The notes: a model not told the origin generated them from the letters alone. A DNA stretch of 64,000 nucleotides from Candidatus Magasanikiibacteriota bacterium (GCA_041665025.1 JBAYJP010000003.1:129236-193235), one strand, 5' to 3'; shown: positions 1 through 9,500, counted from the stretch's first letter. Made by a program: numbers and translations.

Positions 1-440
1 AAGTACACCAGGCCCTCGAGGAAGTACCCGATGTTGATGCCCCACAGCGCACGCGGCGCCTTCACCACGTCGATGAACGGCTGCAGGAGCTCCTTGAGCA
101 GGGTCTGCTTCATGCCCTCCGGTTCCGGCTTCTTGACTCCTTCCGGCGCCTCCACCTTCTCTTTGAGGATGTAGTAGTGAAGAATTCCTTGCGTGCGCTC
201 CTCGATGGCCCCGCTGGCTTCCAGCTGGCGCATGGCCTCATTGAACGCGCTCATACGGAGCCGTCGTCTGAAGTTGAGGCCACGGACGATGTCGATCTTG
301 GTCAGACCCTTTGTCCGCTCCCAGGAGAAGACCCAGAGGATCCGGTTCTTCACGTACCTGACCGAATGCAGGTACAGCATCGAGATGGCCATGAACAGGA
401 CGAGGAGAAGCCCGACCAACGCGAGGTAATGCCACAGCAT
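1..440 (-). CDS. 5' part of a gene for an N-terminally membrane-anchored protein (MLWHYLALVGLLLVLFMAISMLYL...), continues beyond window start; G+C-rich, unlike neighbours
   Basis: Own translation of minus strand from ATG at 438-440 gives a 146-codon open frame to position 1 with a hydrophobic N-terminal helix. It is absent from the ORF track only because it is open-ended. The plus-strand ORFs here (177..587 etc.) look like antisense junk. Confidence 0.4.
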   Translation of the reverse strand, partial: MLWHYLALVGLLLVLFMAISMLYLHSVRYVKNRILWVFSWERTKGLTKIDIVRGLNFRRRLRMSAFNEAMRQLEASGAIEERTQGILHYYILKEKVEAPEGVKKPEPEGMKQTLLKELLQPFIDVVKAPRALWGINIGYFLEGLVY

Positions 441-684
441 GGCACGCCTGCACACTTTCCACCCCACCCCTATCGGCGAGGCACTCGAACCGTCTATGCT
501 CTGGCGCGCGCGATCACCCGACCGCGCATGGCCGACCTATATCGAAACTCACACGTAGCTGCCCCCAACAGCCACGTGATGAAGTAAGTAAACTGCGCGA
601 AAAACTCCACGCAGTGAACTCGCTAAATACTCTGCGTTTTTTGCAGAGGCTTAGCCAGCTTGAAAATACAAAATTGTTTACCTC

Positions 685-806
685 TTTTTCTGCAACGCAA
701 TTCATCCCCTTTCCCCTTCTCTTAAAAAGAGAAGGGGGTATATTTTCGTCACCCCTCTCTTCGTAAGAGAGGGGCCGGGGGGGGTGAGTTGCGTTGCAGA
801 AAAAAG
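685..806. repeat. nested inverted-repeat element: outer 16-bp stem (tttttctgcaacgcaa / ttgcgttgcagaaaaaa) enclosing two GC-rich hairpins (ccccttctctt..aagagaagggg ; cccctctctt..aagagagggg); a further hairpin ctctgcgttttttgcagag lies at 630-648
   Basis: Complementary arms read directly from the sequence. The element sits exactly at the G+C-rich / AT-rich junction. Confidence 0.5.
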
Positions 807-1004
807 ATCCATATTTTGTTCTCTCAACCTGGCTAAGCATTGTAATGAACAAATAGCACAAAACGTCCGCTCAAAGCGGACAGTACTGCCAAAAAGCAGT
901 CCAATACCTTATCATTTAAAGAGAGAGAGAGTCAATAGCAATATACACAAACAAAAACAGCCCACTAAGGCTGTTTTAAATCCGTAATAATCTGCAAACT
1001 AACT

Positions 1005-2408
1005 TCATGCAAAATATTTCTGTTCCAACTCCCCCACCTTCCCATCAACTTCCTCAGCTTTCAATGGTGGCACTTCACCAGATTTTTCAATAAGCTCAAT
1101 TACCACTTTTAATAAATGTTTCATACCTGGAATAATGTGCATGTTTCTATCCTCTGCATATGACAAGCGAATATGACCAGCACCCATAATGCCAAAATCT
1201 GTGCCGGCAAGTGCGGCAAAACCTCTTTCATAGAGCAACCATTTGACAAATTCTTTTGCATCATGAATCTGGAGATCTTCTTTTACACATTTCAAATCAA
1301 GCACACGAGCAAAACTTGGGAATAAATAAAATGCGCCTTCTGCTTCATTTGGTACAATGTATGGTTTTAAAAGTTTCAATGCATCTGAAACAAACTGGCC
1401 TTTCTTTTCATACTCAATAAAATCTTTGTTAATCAATTCTTGCACTTCATTTTTGACGCTCTTATATGTAAATCCATCGAGTGTGACATCTCCAAATACC
1501 GCGCCCGCAACAATTTGATCAACGCGGTTCACATTGCTCCATTTATTTATGGCAAGCCGTCCAAAAATTTCTATAAGCCATTCAGGGGCAATAATAAATC
1601 CCAAACGCCAACCAGTCATAGCATAATTTTTCGAATAACCATTTAGATTTATTGTCCAATCGAGCATGCCCGGGATTGAAAGAAAACTAAAGTGTTCTCG
1701 CCCACCAAATACAATCTGGTCATAAATATCATCAAACACCACATAAAATGTATATTGTCTGACTAATTCTGCAATGGCTTCCAATTTTTCTTTGCCAATC
1801 ATCATGCCTGTTGGATTTTGAGGGGTGTTTAAACATAAAATTTTTACCTGCGTATGTTCTTCTAAAATCTTTTTCAAATCCTCTACGCGAAATTCCAATG
1901 TTTGTTTTTCTTCATCTTTGTGCGCGCACCATTTTATGACGCCGCCGTGATTATAAAATTCTGCTAAAGATTCATACACCGGATATCCGGGATCTTGCAC
2001 AATCACTTTGTCTCCTGGGGCAAGCAAAGTCTGAAATGCAAGTTCAATAACTGGCTTCCCGCCTGGTTGGAGTAATACATTATCTTTTGTAATGTTTATT
2101 CCTCGCGTTTCACTCCAATACTTCGCAATATTTTCTCTCACCTGCGGGTAGCCAGCAAAGTGTCCGTATTTTGTTTGCTTGTCTTTCAACGCTTGAATTG
2201 CGACGTCAATAATAGGCTGGGGCGTTTTGGGTCCGGTGTCTCCTACATGAAATTTATAAATCTGTGGAAATTTTTTTGAACTTTCGACAGCCATTACTTC
2301 CGCGCCAAAACCAAAGGCAGTTTCAGTCCCGAGATAATTGAGAGCTAGATTGATAGTGACATTTGGAATTAAATTTTTGTCGATGAGGAATTTGGGAATT
2401 TGAGGCAT
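1005..2408 (-). CDS. PLP-dependent aminotransferase, class I/II fold
   Basis: 467 aa; carries SKNYAMTGWRLGF, the class-I aminotransferase Lys motif. Starts with ATG. Confidence 0.75.
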   Translation of the reverse strand: MPQIPKFLIDKNLIPNVTINLALNYLGTETAFGFGAEVMAVESSKKFPQIYKFHVGDTGPKTPQPIIDVAIQALKDKQTKYGHFAGYPQVRENIAKYWSETRGINITKDNVLLQPGGKPVIELAFQTLLAPGDKVIVQDPGYPVYESLAEFYNHGGVIKWCAHKDEEKQTLEFRVEDLKKILEEHTQVKILCLNTPQNPTGMMIGKEKLEAIAELVRQYTFYVVFDDIYDQIVFGGREHFSFLSIPGMLDWTINLNGYSKNYAMTGWRLGFIIAPEWLIEIFGRLAINKWSNVNRVDQIVAGAVFGDVTLDGFTYKSVKNEVQELINKDFIEYEKKGQFVSDALKLLKPYIVPNEAEGAFYLFPSFARVLDLKCVKEDLQIHDAKEFVKWLLYERGFAALAGTDFGIMGAGHIRLSYAEDRNMHIIPGMKHLLKVVIELIEKSGEVPPLKAEEVDGKVGELEQKYFA

Positions 2409-2444
2409 ACGGTAAATAAATTAAAAGATACAAGATACAAATAA

Positions 2445-2548
2445 AATCAAAACTCAAAGTTCAAAAATCAAAACTAACAACCTAAAATTCAAAACTTCCT
2501 ATGTGTAAAATTTTAGTTTTAAGTTTTAGTTTTGAGATTTGACTTTTG
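2445..2548. repeat. AT-rich palindromic intergenic repeat, family B (caaaactcaaagttcaaaaatcaaaac ... gttttgagatttgacttttgatttttgag); second copy at 9347-9462
   Basis: Inverted arms visible by eye. Shared cores caaaactcaaag and gatttgacttttga/aag occur at both loci, each just downstream of a gene end. Confidence 0.5.
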
Positions 2549-2595
2549 ATTTTTGAGCTACATTACATAGATTAAAAAATTTCCTTCAATCAATC

Positions 2596-4878
2596 TTAAA
2601 CCTCTACTCTCACTCTACTTCCAACTGCCTTTTTTACTTTCTCCAAAATATCCCTTCCTGTTAATCCAGCAAGTTCATATACTTCTTTCACCGTGCCTGA
2701 TTTCAAATAGGTATCAATAGAAATTGAACGTGCTTCATAATCCGCAGGCAATAAGAATGGATACAAAAATCCTTTCCAGCCATTGTGTAGTGCGATTGCG
2801 CGTGACCTATCTTCATCACTAAAAATACTATTGGCTTTTCCTGGATTTGTCTTTCGCAATTCTTCAAATAATTCTGGGGATGTCACGGCAACAATTTTTA
2901 CAGTTAATCCTTCAGCTTCAAGCTGTGGAACTGCTTCAAGTGTATTTAATAATGTTTGCCCACCGCTTACAACTAACACAATATCTGTTTTTTTATTCCT
3001 TGTTCCTTGCTCCTTATTCTTTGTTTCATAAAAAACGTATGCCCCATTCACCGCTTCACGCGCCGGTGGAATGCCATTTTCACGTTTAAATACCATGGTG
3101 TCCGGTCGCGCGACAGACAACGCAATTGGCTCACCTTTTTCCAATGCATAAAACAACATTTCAACCGTTTCATTTGCGTCCATGGGTTTATACACTTTTA
3201 TTCCCGGATACGCATTGAACATACTCATCCAATACAAACCCTGATGTGTAGGGCCATCTTCTCCGGTTTCAGGACCATCGTGTGCGGCCAGCATAATGAA
3301 AAATCCTTTTGATTTTGGATTCAAATGATTCCCAATCAAAACAAGACGAACCGCGTTTGTCATCATGGATGTAAATACGGCATATGTTGAAAATACAGAC
3401 ACAGGCGCAAATCCGCCAGGTAATCTATCTGCGGTCATAGCGCACGACATCATGGCCATATTTTGTTCGGCAATACCAAATCGAATGCCACGGCCCAGTG
3501 GATTTGTGCGGCTAATATCGCCAAACACATCTTCTGCTTTTTGTGTCAAAATTGATTTGCTCAAATCCCCTGTTCCTGCCCAAAAAAATGCCGTTTGTTT
3601 CATCATCCATTCAAAAAATGCTTGTGTTGCTTTGCGCGTGGCAACTTTGGTCCCTTCTTCAAATACTAATTCTTTTGGTAACACATCTGGACGGCGAATA
3701 GTAAGCGGATTTACAAAAGTTCTTCCCGGTAGTGCACGTTTCATTGTTTCTACTAATTCTTGTTCTGGTTTGATACCTTTTTTCACCACATCCAAACGCT
3801 CAACAATATACTCCGCGAGTTCTTGAGTAAGTTGCGAAACCACAACATCTATATCAGCTTGTACATCTCCTTCAACACCAGGGATATCAAAACCTAATTC
3901 TTTCATGATTGATACGTATTCATCGTGTTTTGCAGGAGAACCATGTGAGTCTGCGGTGTTTGCTTTTGCTCCATAATATTTTCCTTTGATACCATGCGCC
4001 AAAATAACTGTTGGATTTCCGTTTCCAAAACCTTTCTTTGCTTTGTGATACGCATATACACATTCAAGCACATTATGTCCATCAATTTCTATCACATTCC
4101 ATCCCAAACCAATCCAATGATTGATATATGGACTTGAAAGTACTTCTGCAATGTCACCATCAATGCCATAATGATTGTAATCAAGGCTCACAATCATGTT
4201 GTCAGCGCCAACCGTGTTGAGTATGTTGCGCGCTTCGTACGTCATTCCTTCTTCGCTCTCAGCATCTCCCATAAATACAAACACACGTGTATCAAGTCCG
4301 CACGATTTGTGTACGATTGCCATACCACCTGCAGATGGCATTCCATGTCCGGAAGGTCCTGTAGAAACATCAGTAAGCGGATTATAACTTTCAACATGTC
4401 CTTGAGGACCGTCATGATGTCTAAATTTTGTTAAATCTTCTGGCAACACTGCTTTTAATTTTTCCTTATCAAATGCAATGCCTTTTTTCCGTAGACTTTC
4501 ATATATCAATGATAATCCCGCATACAAGAGCGGTGTACAATGTCCCGCAGACCACACGAGACGATCACGCCCAGGATTTTTTGGATCTAACACATCAAAG
4601 GCCATAGCTCCACCAAGCACCATTCCCAAAAACTGTTCCGTCTTTGCAGACGATCCGCCCGGATGACCTGAATGCGATGCCTCGAGTGACGCAAACATAA
4701 AACCACGCATAATACGCGCGGCTTCGTTAAGTTTAGTTGTATCAATACCTTCAATTGGCGCAAGATCAAGTCCTTGCAAGCGAAGATAACTGCCTCCCTT
4801 AATTTCACAAGAAAAACGATCTGGTTCTGTATTTTTAAGTTTCCCCCAGTCCTGTTCATTCAAAATATTGTAAGACAT
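2596..4878 (-). CDS. tkt: transketolase
   Basis: 760 aa; HSGHPGG and GDAESEEGM thiamine-diphosphate motifs. The N-terminal extension is longer than in typical Tkt. Confidence 0.85.
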   Translation of the reverse strand: MSYNILNEQDWGKLKNTEPDRFSCEIKGGSYLRLQGLDLAPIEGIDTTKLNEAARIMRGFMFASLEASHSGHPGGSSAKTEQFLGMVLGGAMAFDVLDPKNPGRDRLVWSAGHCTPLLYAGLSLIYESLRKKGIAFDKEKLKAVLPEDLTKFRHHDGPQGHVESYNPLTDVSTGPSGHGMPSAGGMAIVHKSCGLDTRVFVFMGDAESEEGMTYEARNILNTVGADNMIVSLDYNHYGIDGDIAEVLSSPYINHWIGLGWNVIEIDGHNVLECVYAYHKAKKGFGNGNPTVILAHGIKGKYYGAKANTADSHGSPAKHDEYVSIMKELGFDIPGVEGDVQADIDVVVSQLTQELAEYIVERLDVVKKGIKPEQELVETMKRALPGRTFVNPLTIRRPDVLPKELVFEEGTKVATRKATQAFFEWMMKQTAFFWAGTGDLSKSILTQKAEDVFGDISRTNPLGRGIRFGIAEQNMAMMSCAMTADRLPGGFAPVSVFSTYAVFTSMMTNAVRLVLIGNHLNPKSKGFFIMLAAHDGPETGEDGPTHQGLYWMSMFNAYPGIKVYKPMDANETVEMLFYALEKGEPIALSVARPDTMVFKRENGIPPAREAVNGAYVFYETKNKEQGTRNKKTDIVLVVSGGQTLLNTLEAVPQLEAEGLTVKIVAVTSPELFEELRKTNPGKANSIFSDEDRSRAIALHNGWKGFLYPFLLPADYEARSISIDTYLKSGTVKEVYELAGLTGRDILEKVKKAVGSRVRVEV

Positions 4879-4954
4879 ATAACAATATAAAAAAACGATT
4901 AGTTGTATAACCGTTTACAGTATAACATCTACTTAAAAATTTGCAATAAATCAT

Positions 4955-5896
4955 TTAATTTTTTTCTGCATTACTCGTTTTAACTCCTAATACCACATAC
5001 CCCTGACTTTCTACCCACCTTCCAACCGTCAACATCTCAACTAACCCGTATAATTCAGCAAATGCAGTTGAAAATGGATGAGTCTTTTTTTTAATCCAAT
5101 ACAATAATTTATTTAAAACACGAAGCACAAAAAATTTATTTTGACCTTGTAATGCCACATATAGTTCGTCTGGATGGAAAAAAAACTTCGCCCAAAATGT
5201 TGTGTACATTTTTTTTATTTCAAAACCATTTTGTTCTAAGAAATACCTCAACTCTTTTTTTGAATACAAAGAAATATGAAACTGCGCATGTGGGTCGGTG
5301 TTTAATCCTCTTTTCAAAAGGTAATTACGAATATACGCATGCTTACCTAATTTTGATTCGGCAAACATAGCAAGCGCGCCTCCTGGTTTTAAAACTCTAT
5401 TGAGTTCGTCCAACCACGCGGGCACATCGTGCACATGACCCAACACATCTGATGTAAATACGGCATCAAATGATTCATTTTCAAATGGAAGCCTATTTCC
5501 ATCATATGTCAAAAATTCTGCCCACACACCATACTCTTTTACACGCTCCTTTGCGAGATCAACCTGCAAATGAATCACGTCAACACCAATAATCTCAACT
5601 TCCCTGCCCCATAATTTTTTCATCTCAATAACTGACGCCCCCGTCCCGCATCCAACATCTAGAATTCTAAACTTAGTTAAAACTTTATCTTTCCGTAATC
5701 TTTTAATCTTATAATCTTTCAATCTTTCAATCCAACGGTACAGCAACAACTTCTTCGGATAAAACAATAATTTAAAACGATCCTTCCACTCCACCCGCTC
5801 GCCACCAAAAATCGGACGTGCATCCCAAAATTCAATTTCTTGTTCTTTCATTTTTCCCCAGCCGAGTGTTTCATTTTTTATATCTTCTCTATTCAT
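4955..5896 (-). CDS. class I SAM-dependent methyltransferase
   Basis: ILDVGCGTGASVIEM (motif I) and LKPGGALAMFAES (motif post-I/II). Confidence 0.7.
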   Translation of the reverse strand: MNREDIKNETLGWGKMKEQEIEFWDARPIFGGERVEWKDRFKLLFYPKKLLLYRWIERLKDYKIKRLRKDKVLTKFRILDVGCGTGASVIEMKKLWGREVEIIGVDVIHLQVDLAKERVKEYGVWAEFLTYDGNRLPFENESFDAVFTSDVLGHVHDVPAWLDELNRVLKPGGALAMFAESKLGKHAYIRNYLLKRGLNTDPHAQFHISLYSKKELRYFLEQNGFEIKKMYTTFWAKFFFHPDELYVALQGQNKFFVLRVLNKLLYWIKKKTHPFSTAFAELYGLVEMLTVGRWVESQGYVVLGVKTSNAEKN

Positions 5897-5924
5897 AAAT
5901 ATTATTCTATTGTATCATATGGGT

Positions 5925-5960
5925 AAAATAAAAAAAGCTCTTCTTAAAAAGCTTTTTCTC
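5925..5960 (-). terminator. rho-independent terminator (minus strand: aaaaagct..agctttttttatttt) for the small G+C-rich ORFs
   Basis: 8-bp stem AAAAAGCT/AGCTTTTT followed by a T-run on the minus strand. Confidence 0.45.
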
Positions 5961-6003
5961 TCCCGACTCGCTCCTCAGCCCGATGGCGTTGGAGCGAGCC
6001 GGT

Positions 6004-6156
6004 CTAGCGACCGCATATCGTCCTCCTGGACGGCGACGTGCGCTCGCCGAAAAAGTAATGACGAACCGCCAGGCAGGCGACTACAATCAGGGTACCAAAC
6101 CCCTTGGTAGCTGCCTCCCAGACAGTGTCCGGTGAGAAGAGATACGTCTCAAACAT
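6004..6156 (-). CDS. small hydrophobic protein, 50 aa (MFETYLFSPDTVWEAATKGFGTLIVVACLAVRHYFFGERTSPSRRTICGR), G+C-rich coding region with canonical SD AGGAGGTGA
   Basis: Own translation. AGGAGGTGA sits 3-4 nt upstream of the ATG. Below the 60-aa cut-off of the ORF track. Confidence 0.4.
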   Translation of the reverse strand: MFETYLFSPDTVWEAATKGFGTLIVVACLAVRHYFFGERTSPSRRTICGR

Positions 6157-6221
6157 GGGTCACCTCCTCGTTTGAGAGCTTCCTTAAAATAAGCGTATTA
6201 CAAAACTAATAATTTTACAAG

Positions 6222-6251
6222 CAAACAAAAAACAAGCTTCCATAGCTTGTT
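6222..6251 (-). terminator. rho-independent terminator between the two small G+C-rich ORFs (minus strand: acaagct atgga agcttgt tttttgtttg)
   Basis: Hairpin plus T-run read on the minus strand. Confidence 0.45.
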
Positions 6252-6334
6252 GAAAAATGAGAGATTTCCGCGCCGGCCCGCCCCCGATCATGAGGACCAA
6301 GGACGGACCGACGCGTGTCGAAGCACGAGGATCC

Positions 6335-6502
6335 TCAGTGGTCGAGGAACCCCGTCTCCTTGGGGTAGCAGATCCCCGCGAACAGAGACGCCGGCACGAA
6401 GACCCCGACGATCACGAGGTCCGTGACAAACCTCAGCACGGGGACAAACGGAACACACGCGAACACGCAGATCTTGTAGAGCTTCCCGTGACGATCCAAC
6501 AT
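6335..6502 (-). CDS. small hydrophobic protein, 55 aa (MLDRHGKLYKICVFACVPFVPVLRFVTDLVIVGVFVPASLFAGICYPKETGFLDH); probable start at the internal ATG preceded by GGGGAGGAGAG
   Basis: ORF-track frame 6335..6523. The strong SD lies 7 nt before the ATG at 6500-6502, not before 6523. The protein is predicted to span the membrane. Confidence 0.4.
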   Translation of the reverse strand: MLDRHGKLYKICVFACVPFVPVLRFVTDLVIVGVFVPASLFAGICYPKETGFLDH

Positions 6503-6615
6503 CGCTTCTCTCCTCCCCGGCATAGAAAGCCGGTGACCAAAGGGTCAGAAGACCCCGTTATCACAAGGATGACGCACAAATATATATCAAATCTATTTTA
6601 AAAAGTCAATATAGT

Positions 6616-7347
6616 ATGCAGCCAGATTTTCTCCTCATCAACAAACCAAAAGATTGGACTAGCCACGATGTGGTTGGTTATTTGCGTAAAGTCACGCGTA
6701 TCAAAAAAATCGGACATGCAGGTACACTCGACCCCTTTGCAACTGGCTTACTTATTGTAGGTATTGGACGAGAAGCGACCAAACGACTCGATGAATTCAA
6801 ATCATTGCAAAAAACATATGTAGCCACTTTAAAACTAGGTTATATTTCAGATACGTTTGATAGCACAGGAAATATTAAAAAATATAAAAAAAATATTAAA
6901 CAAATATTAACAAAAATTTTTTCAATATCTTTTCAATATTTATTTCCTAGTCTTAAGATAACCACTAAAAAAAAGATAGATTCTACTTTAAAGAAATTTA
7001 TAGGAAAACAAAACCAAATCCCTCCCATGTATTCCGCAAAAAAAGTAAATGGAAAAAAATTATACGAACTCGCACGCAAAGGAATAGAAATTGAACGCAA
7101 ACCATGTGATATTGAGATATCAGATATTAAGATATTAGAATATTCATGGCCCTTACTTAACATTGAAGTAGCATGTTCTTCAGGAACATATATTCGTACG
7201 CTTGCTCATGACATTGGCCAAAAGCTCGGCTGTGGTGCGTACTGTGAAGAATTAGAACGAACAAGGATTGGCGACTACACACTGGATAACGCGTACAAAT
7301 TATCTGAAATTAATTTTGAAAATTTTCAAAACAAACTTTTTGTGTGA
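6616..7347 (+). CDS. truB: tRNA pseudouridine(55) synthase TruB (catalytic domain only, no PUA domain; about 25-aa low-complexity insertion)
   Basis: GHAGTLDPFATGLL catalytic Asp motif; QIPPMYSAKKVNGKKLYELARKG. Confidence 0.85.
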   Translation: MQPDFLLINKPKDWTSHDVVGYLRKVTRIKKIGHAGTLDPFATGLLIVGIGREATKRLDEFKSLQKTYVATLKLGYISDTFDSTGNIKKYKKNIKQILTKIFSISFQYLFPSLKITTKKKIDSTLKKFIGKQNQIPPMYSAKKVNGKKLYELARKGIEIERKPCDIEISDIKILEYSWPLLNIEVACSSGTYIRTLAHDIGQKLGCGAYCEELERTRIGDYTLDNAYKLSEINFENFQNKLFV

Positions 7348-7788
7348 TTTTTTCTTGTGCTTAAGTGCTGTCGTGCTCCAGTATTTGGGTGATTCAAAAC
7401 TTATCCACAGGTCTCCGCTTCGCTACGCCCTGTAAACTAAATTCTTACTATAAGACAAAAAGCTTGCCAAGCGTAGCGAAGCGAAGCTTGGATTGACAAA
7501 CGACATCTCTCATGATATTATGACGCTGGATTTATTAACTAAAAAGTGATATCGAGCGAGATCTATAGCGAATACGAGACGCAAGATAGCAGAACATTAT
7601 GTTGACTCGTTATGAATAAAATTGCCTTAGTTTACGATAATTTTTCTCTTCATAACACAATCGCGCACGCAAGCGTACACCTCTCAACACAGTGTTTAGA
7701 CACACACGTGTCTTTGTAATTGCATCGTATTTTTTCTTCTTTTGAGGATCTATAGACATCTCGATCATATCGTGAGAGGTTTTTTTAT

Positions 7789-9315
7789 ATGACACCATTA
7801 TATATTGCTCTTGGGTCAGCTATCGGGCTTATCGCGGGCATTGGACTAGGATATATTATCCGAAAACAAGTTGCCAAAGCTCGGGCTAACTCAGTAGAAG
7901 CAAAGGCTGATGCTTTGATGCATGAAGCGAAAGACAAAGAAAAAGAAATCTTGCTTCAAGCAAAAGACAAAGCAATCAAAATCATAGACGAAGCAAAACA
8001 CGAGGAAGAAGAACGTCGCAAAGAACTGCGCCAGATTCAACAGCGACTCGAAAAACGCGAGACCATGTTTGATCAAAAATTACTTGACTTCGAAGATAGC
8101 AAAACACGTTTGCAAAAAAAAGTAGAAGAAATTCAAGCAATCAAGCAAAAAGTAGATCAGATGCATGTTGAGGCCACCGAAAGGCTTCAAACAGTCGCGG
8201 GCATGGACAAACAACAGGCAATTGAGGAACTCATGGCCCATGTTGAACAAGAAAGCAAAGAAGATCTATTTGGCAGAATTCTTAAAATTGAAAAAAGCAA
8301 TTCTGAACAATACGAAATCAAAGCGCGCGAGGTTGTGCTTGATGCAATCCAACGGTGCGCGTCAAATCACGCAAGCGAGACAACGTCAAGTGCAGTAGCT
8401 CTTCCTAGTGACGAAATGAAAGGCAGAATTATTGGAAAAGACGGACGCAACATCAAGACAATTGAAAAACTTACTGGCTGTGAACTTATTATTGACGAAA
8501 CTCCAGACATGCTTCTCGTTTCTGGTTTTTCACCTATCCGCCGACGCGTATGTCAGATAGCTATTGAACGACTTATCAAAGATGGTCGCATTCAGCCAGC
8601 TCGTATTGAGGAATTTATCGAGGAAGCAAAAAAAGAATTGGCTATTGATATTAAACAAGTTGGTGAAGAAGCGTTGTATAAACTTGCTATCACCGGCATG
8701 GATCCTAAGCTTGTCTCGATTGTCGGACGTCTCAAATATCGTACGAGCTACGGACAAAATATTTTGAACCATTCGATGGAAGTCGCACAATTATCAATGC
8801 TTATTGCCGAGGAACTCGGACTAGACCCTGTTCTCGCAAAGAAAGCTGGATTCTTCCATGATATTGGTAAATCCGTGGATCAAGAAACCCAAGGATCTCA
8901 TCCAGAAATTGGGGACACTATTCTCAAAAAATTCGGTCTCCCCATTGAAGTACAGCATGCAGCAGCTCATCATCATGATGACCATCCAGATTCCATATAT
9001 ACTCAAATTGTCAAAGCAGCTGATGCTATCTCTGGTTCACGCGTAGGAGCTCGACGTGATACCTACGAGCAGTATGTCGCACGCCTTGAAGATCTTGAAA
9101 AAACTGCCGGAGATTTCCCTGGCATTGAAAAAGTATATGCGATTCAAGCTGGACGAGAAGTGCGCGTCTTTGTAAAGCCTGAACAAATTGACGACTACGA
9201 AGCATATAATCTTGCCAAAGATATTGCACGCAAGATAGAAAATGAACTTCAATATCCTGGCGAAATCAAAGTTATGATTATACGTGAATCGAGAGTAGTC
9301 GAATATGCAAAATAA
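7789..9315 (+). CDS. rny: ribonuclease Y
   Basis: N-terminal TM helix, coiled coil, KH domain (GRIIGKDGRNIKTIEKLTG) and HD domain (FFHDIGK). Confidence 0.9.
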   Translation: MTPLYIALGSAIGLIAGIGLGYIIRKQVAKARANSVEAKADALMHEAKDKEKEILLQAKDKAIKIIDEAKHEEEERRKELRQIQQRLEKRETMFDQKLLDFEDSKTRLQKKVEEIQAIKQKVDQMHVEATERLQTVAGMDKQQAIEELMAHVEQESKEDLFGRILKIEKSNSEQYEIKAREVVLDAIQRCASNHASETTSSAVALPSDEMKGRIIGKDGRNIKTIEKLTGCELIIDETPDMLLVSGFSPIRRRVCQIAIERLIKDGRIQPARIEEFIEEAKKELAIDIKQVGEEALYKLAITGMDPKLVSIVGRLKYRTSYGQNILNHSMEVAQLSMLIAEELGLDPVLAKKAGFFHDIGKSVDQETQGSHPEIGDTILKKFGLPIEVQHAAAHHHDDHPDSIYTQIVKAADAISGSRVGARRDTYEQYVARLEDLEKTAGDFPGIEKVYAIQAGREVRVFVKPEQIDDYEAYNLAKDIARKIENELQYPGEIKVMIIRESRVVEYAK

Positions 9316-9319
9316 CATA

Positions 9320-9342
9320 AAACTCCCTTCGGGGAGTTTTTA
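9320..9342 (+). terminator. rho-independent terminator of rny (aaactcccttcggggagttttt)
   Basis: GC stem with TTCG loop, then a T-run. Confidence 0.7.
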
Positions 9343-9346
9343 GTTA

Positions 9347-9462
9347 GCTCAAAATTCAAAACTCAAAGATCAAAACTGAAACTTAAAACCAGAAAACTTT
9401 CTTTATCAAGATTTGACTTTTAAGATGTAGATTTGAATTTTGAGTTTTGAGCTTTGATTTTT
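9347..9462. repeat. family B palindromic repeat, second copy
   Basis: gctcaaaattcaaaactcaaagatcaaaac ... gatttgaattttgagttttgagctttgattttt. Confidence 0.5.
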
Positions 9463-9500
9463 AACCTGTGGATAAAAAAATGATAGACAAATTCGCTTTA

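Noticed and set aside
177-587. Plus-strand ORFs 177..587 and 193..429 in the first G+C-rich segment
   Set aside because: These are low-complexity translations antisense to a much more protein-like minus-strand frame, which has a TM helix followed by a soluble domain.
2783-4859. Numerous 60-150 aa ORFs nested inside tkt and other large genes (e.g. 3365..3826, 4171..4434, 26161..26712, 45275..45679)
   Set aside because: They lie antisense or out of frame within well-supported conserved genes and are typical shadow ORFs.
5910-6601. Plus-strand ORFs 5910..6110 and 6257..6601 in the second G+C-rich island
   Set aside because: These are Arg/Pro/Asp-rich junk translations without SD. The minus-strand small ORFs carry canonical SD sequences and terminators.
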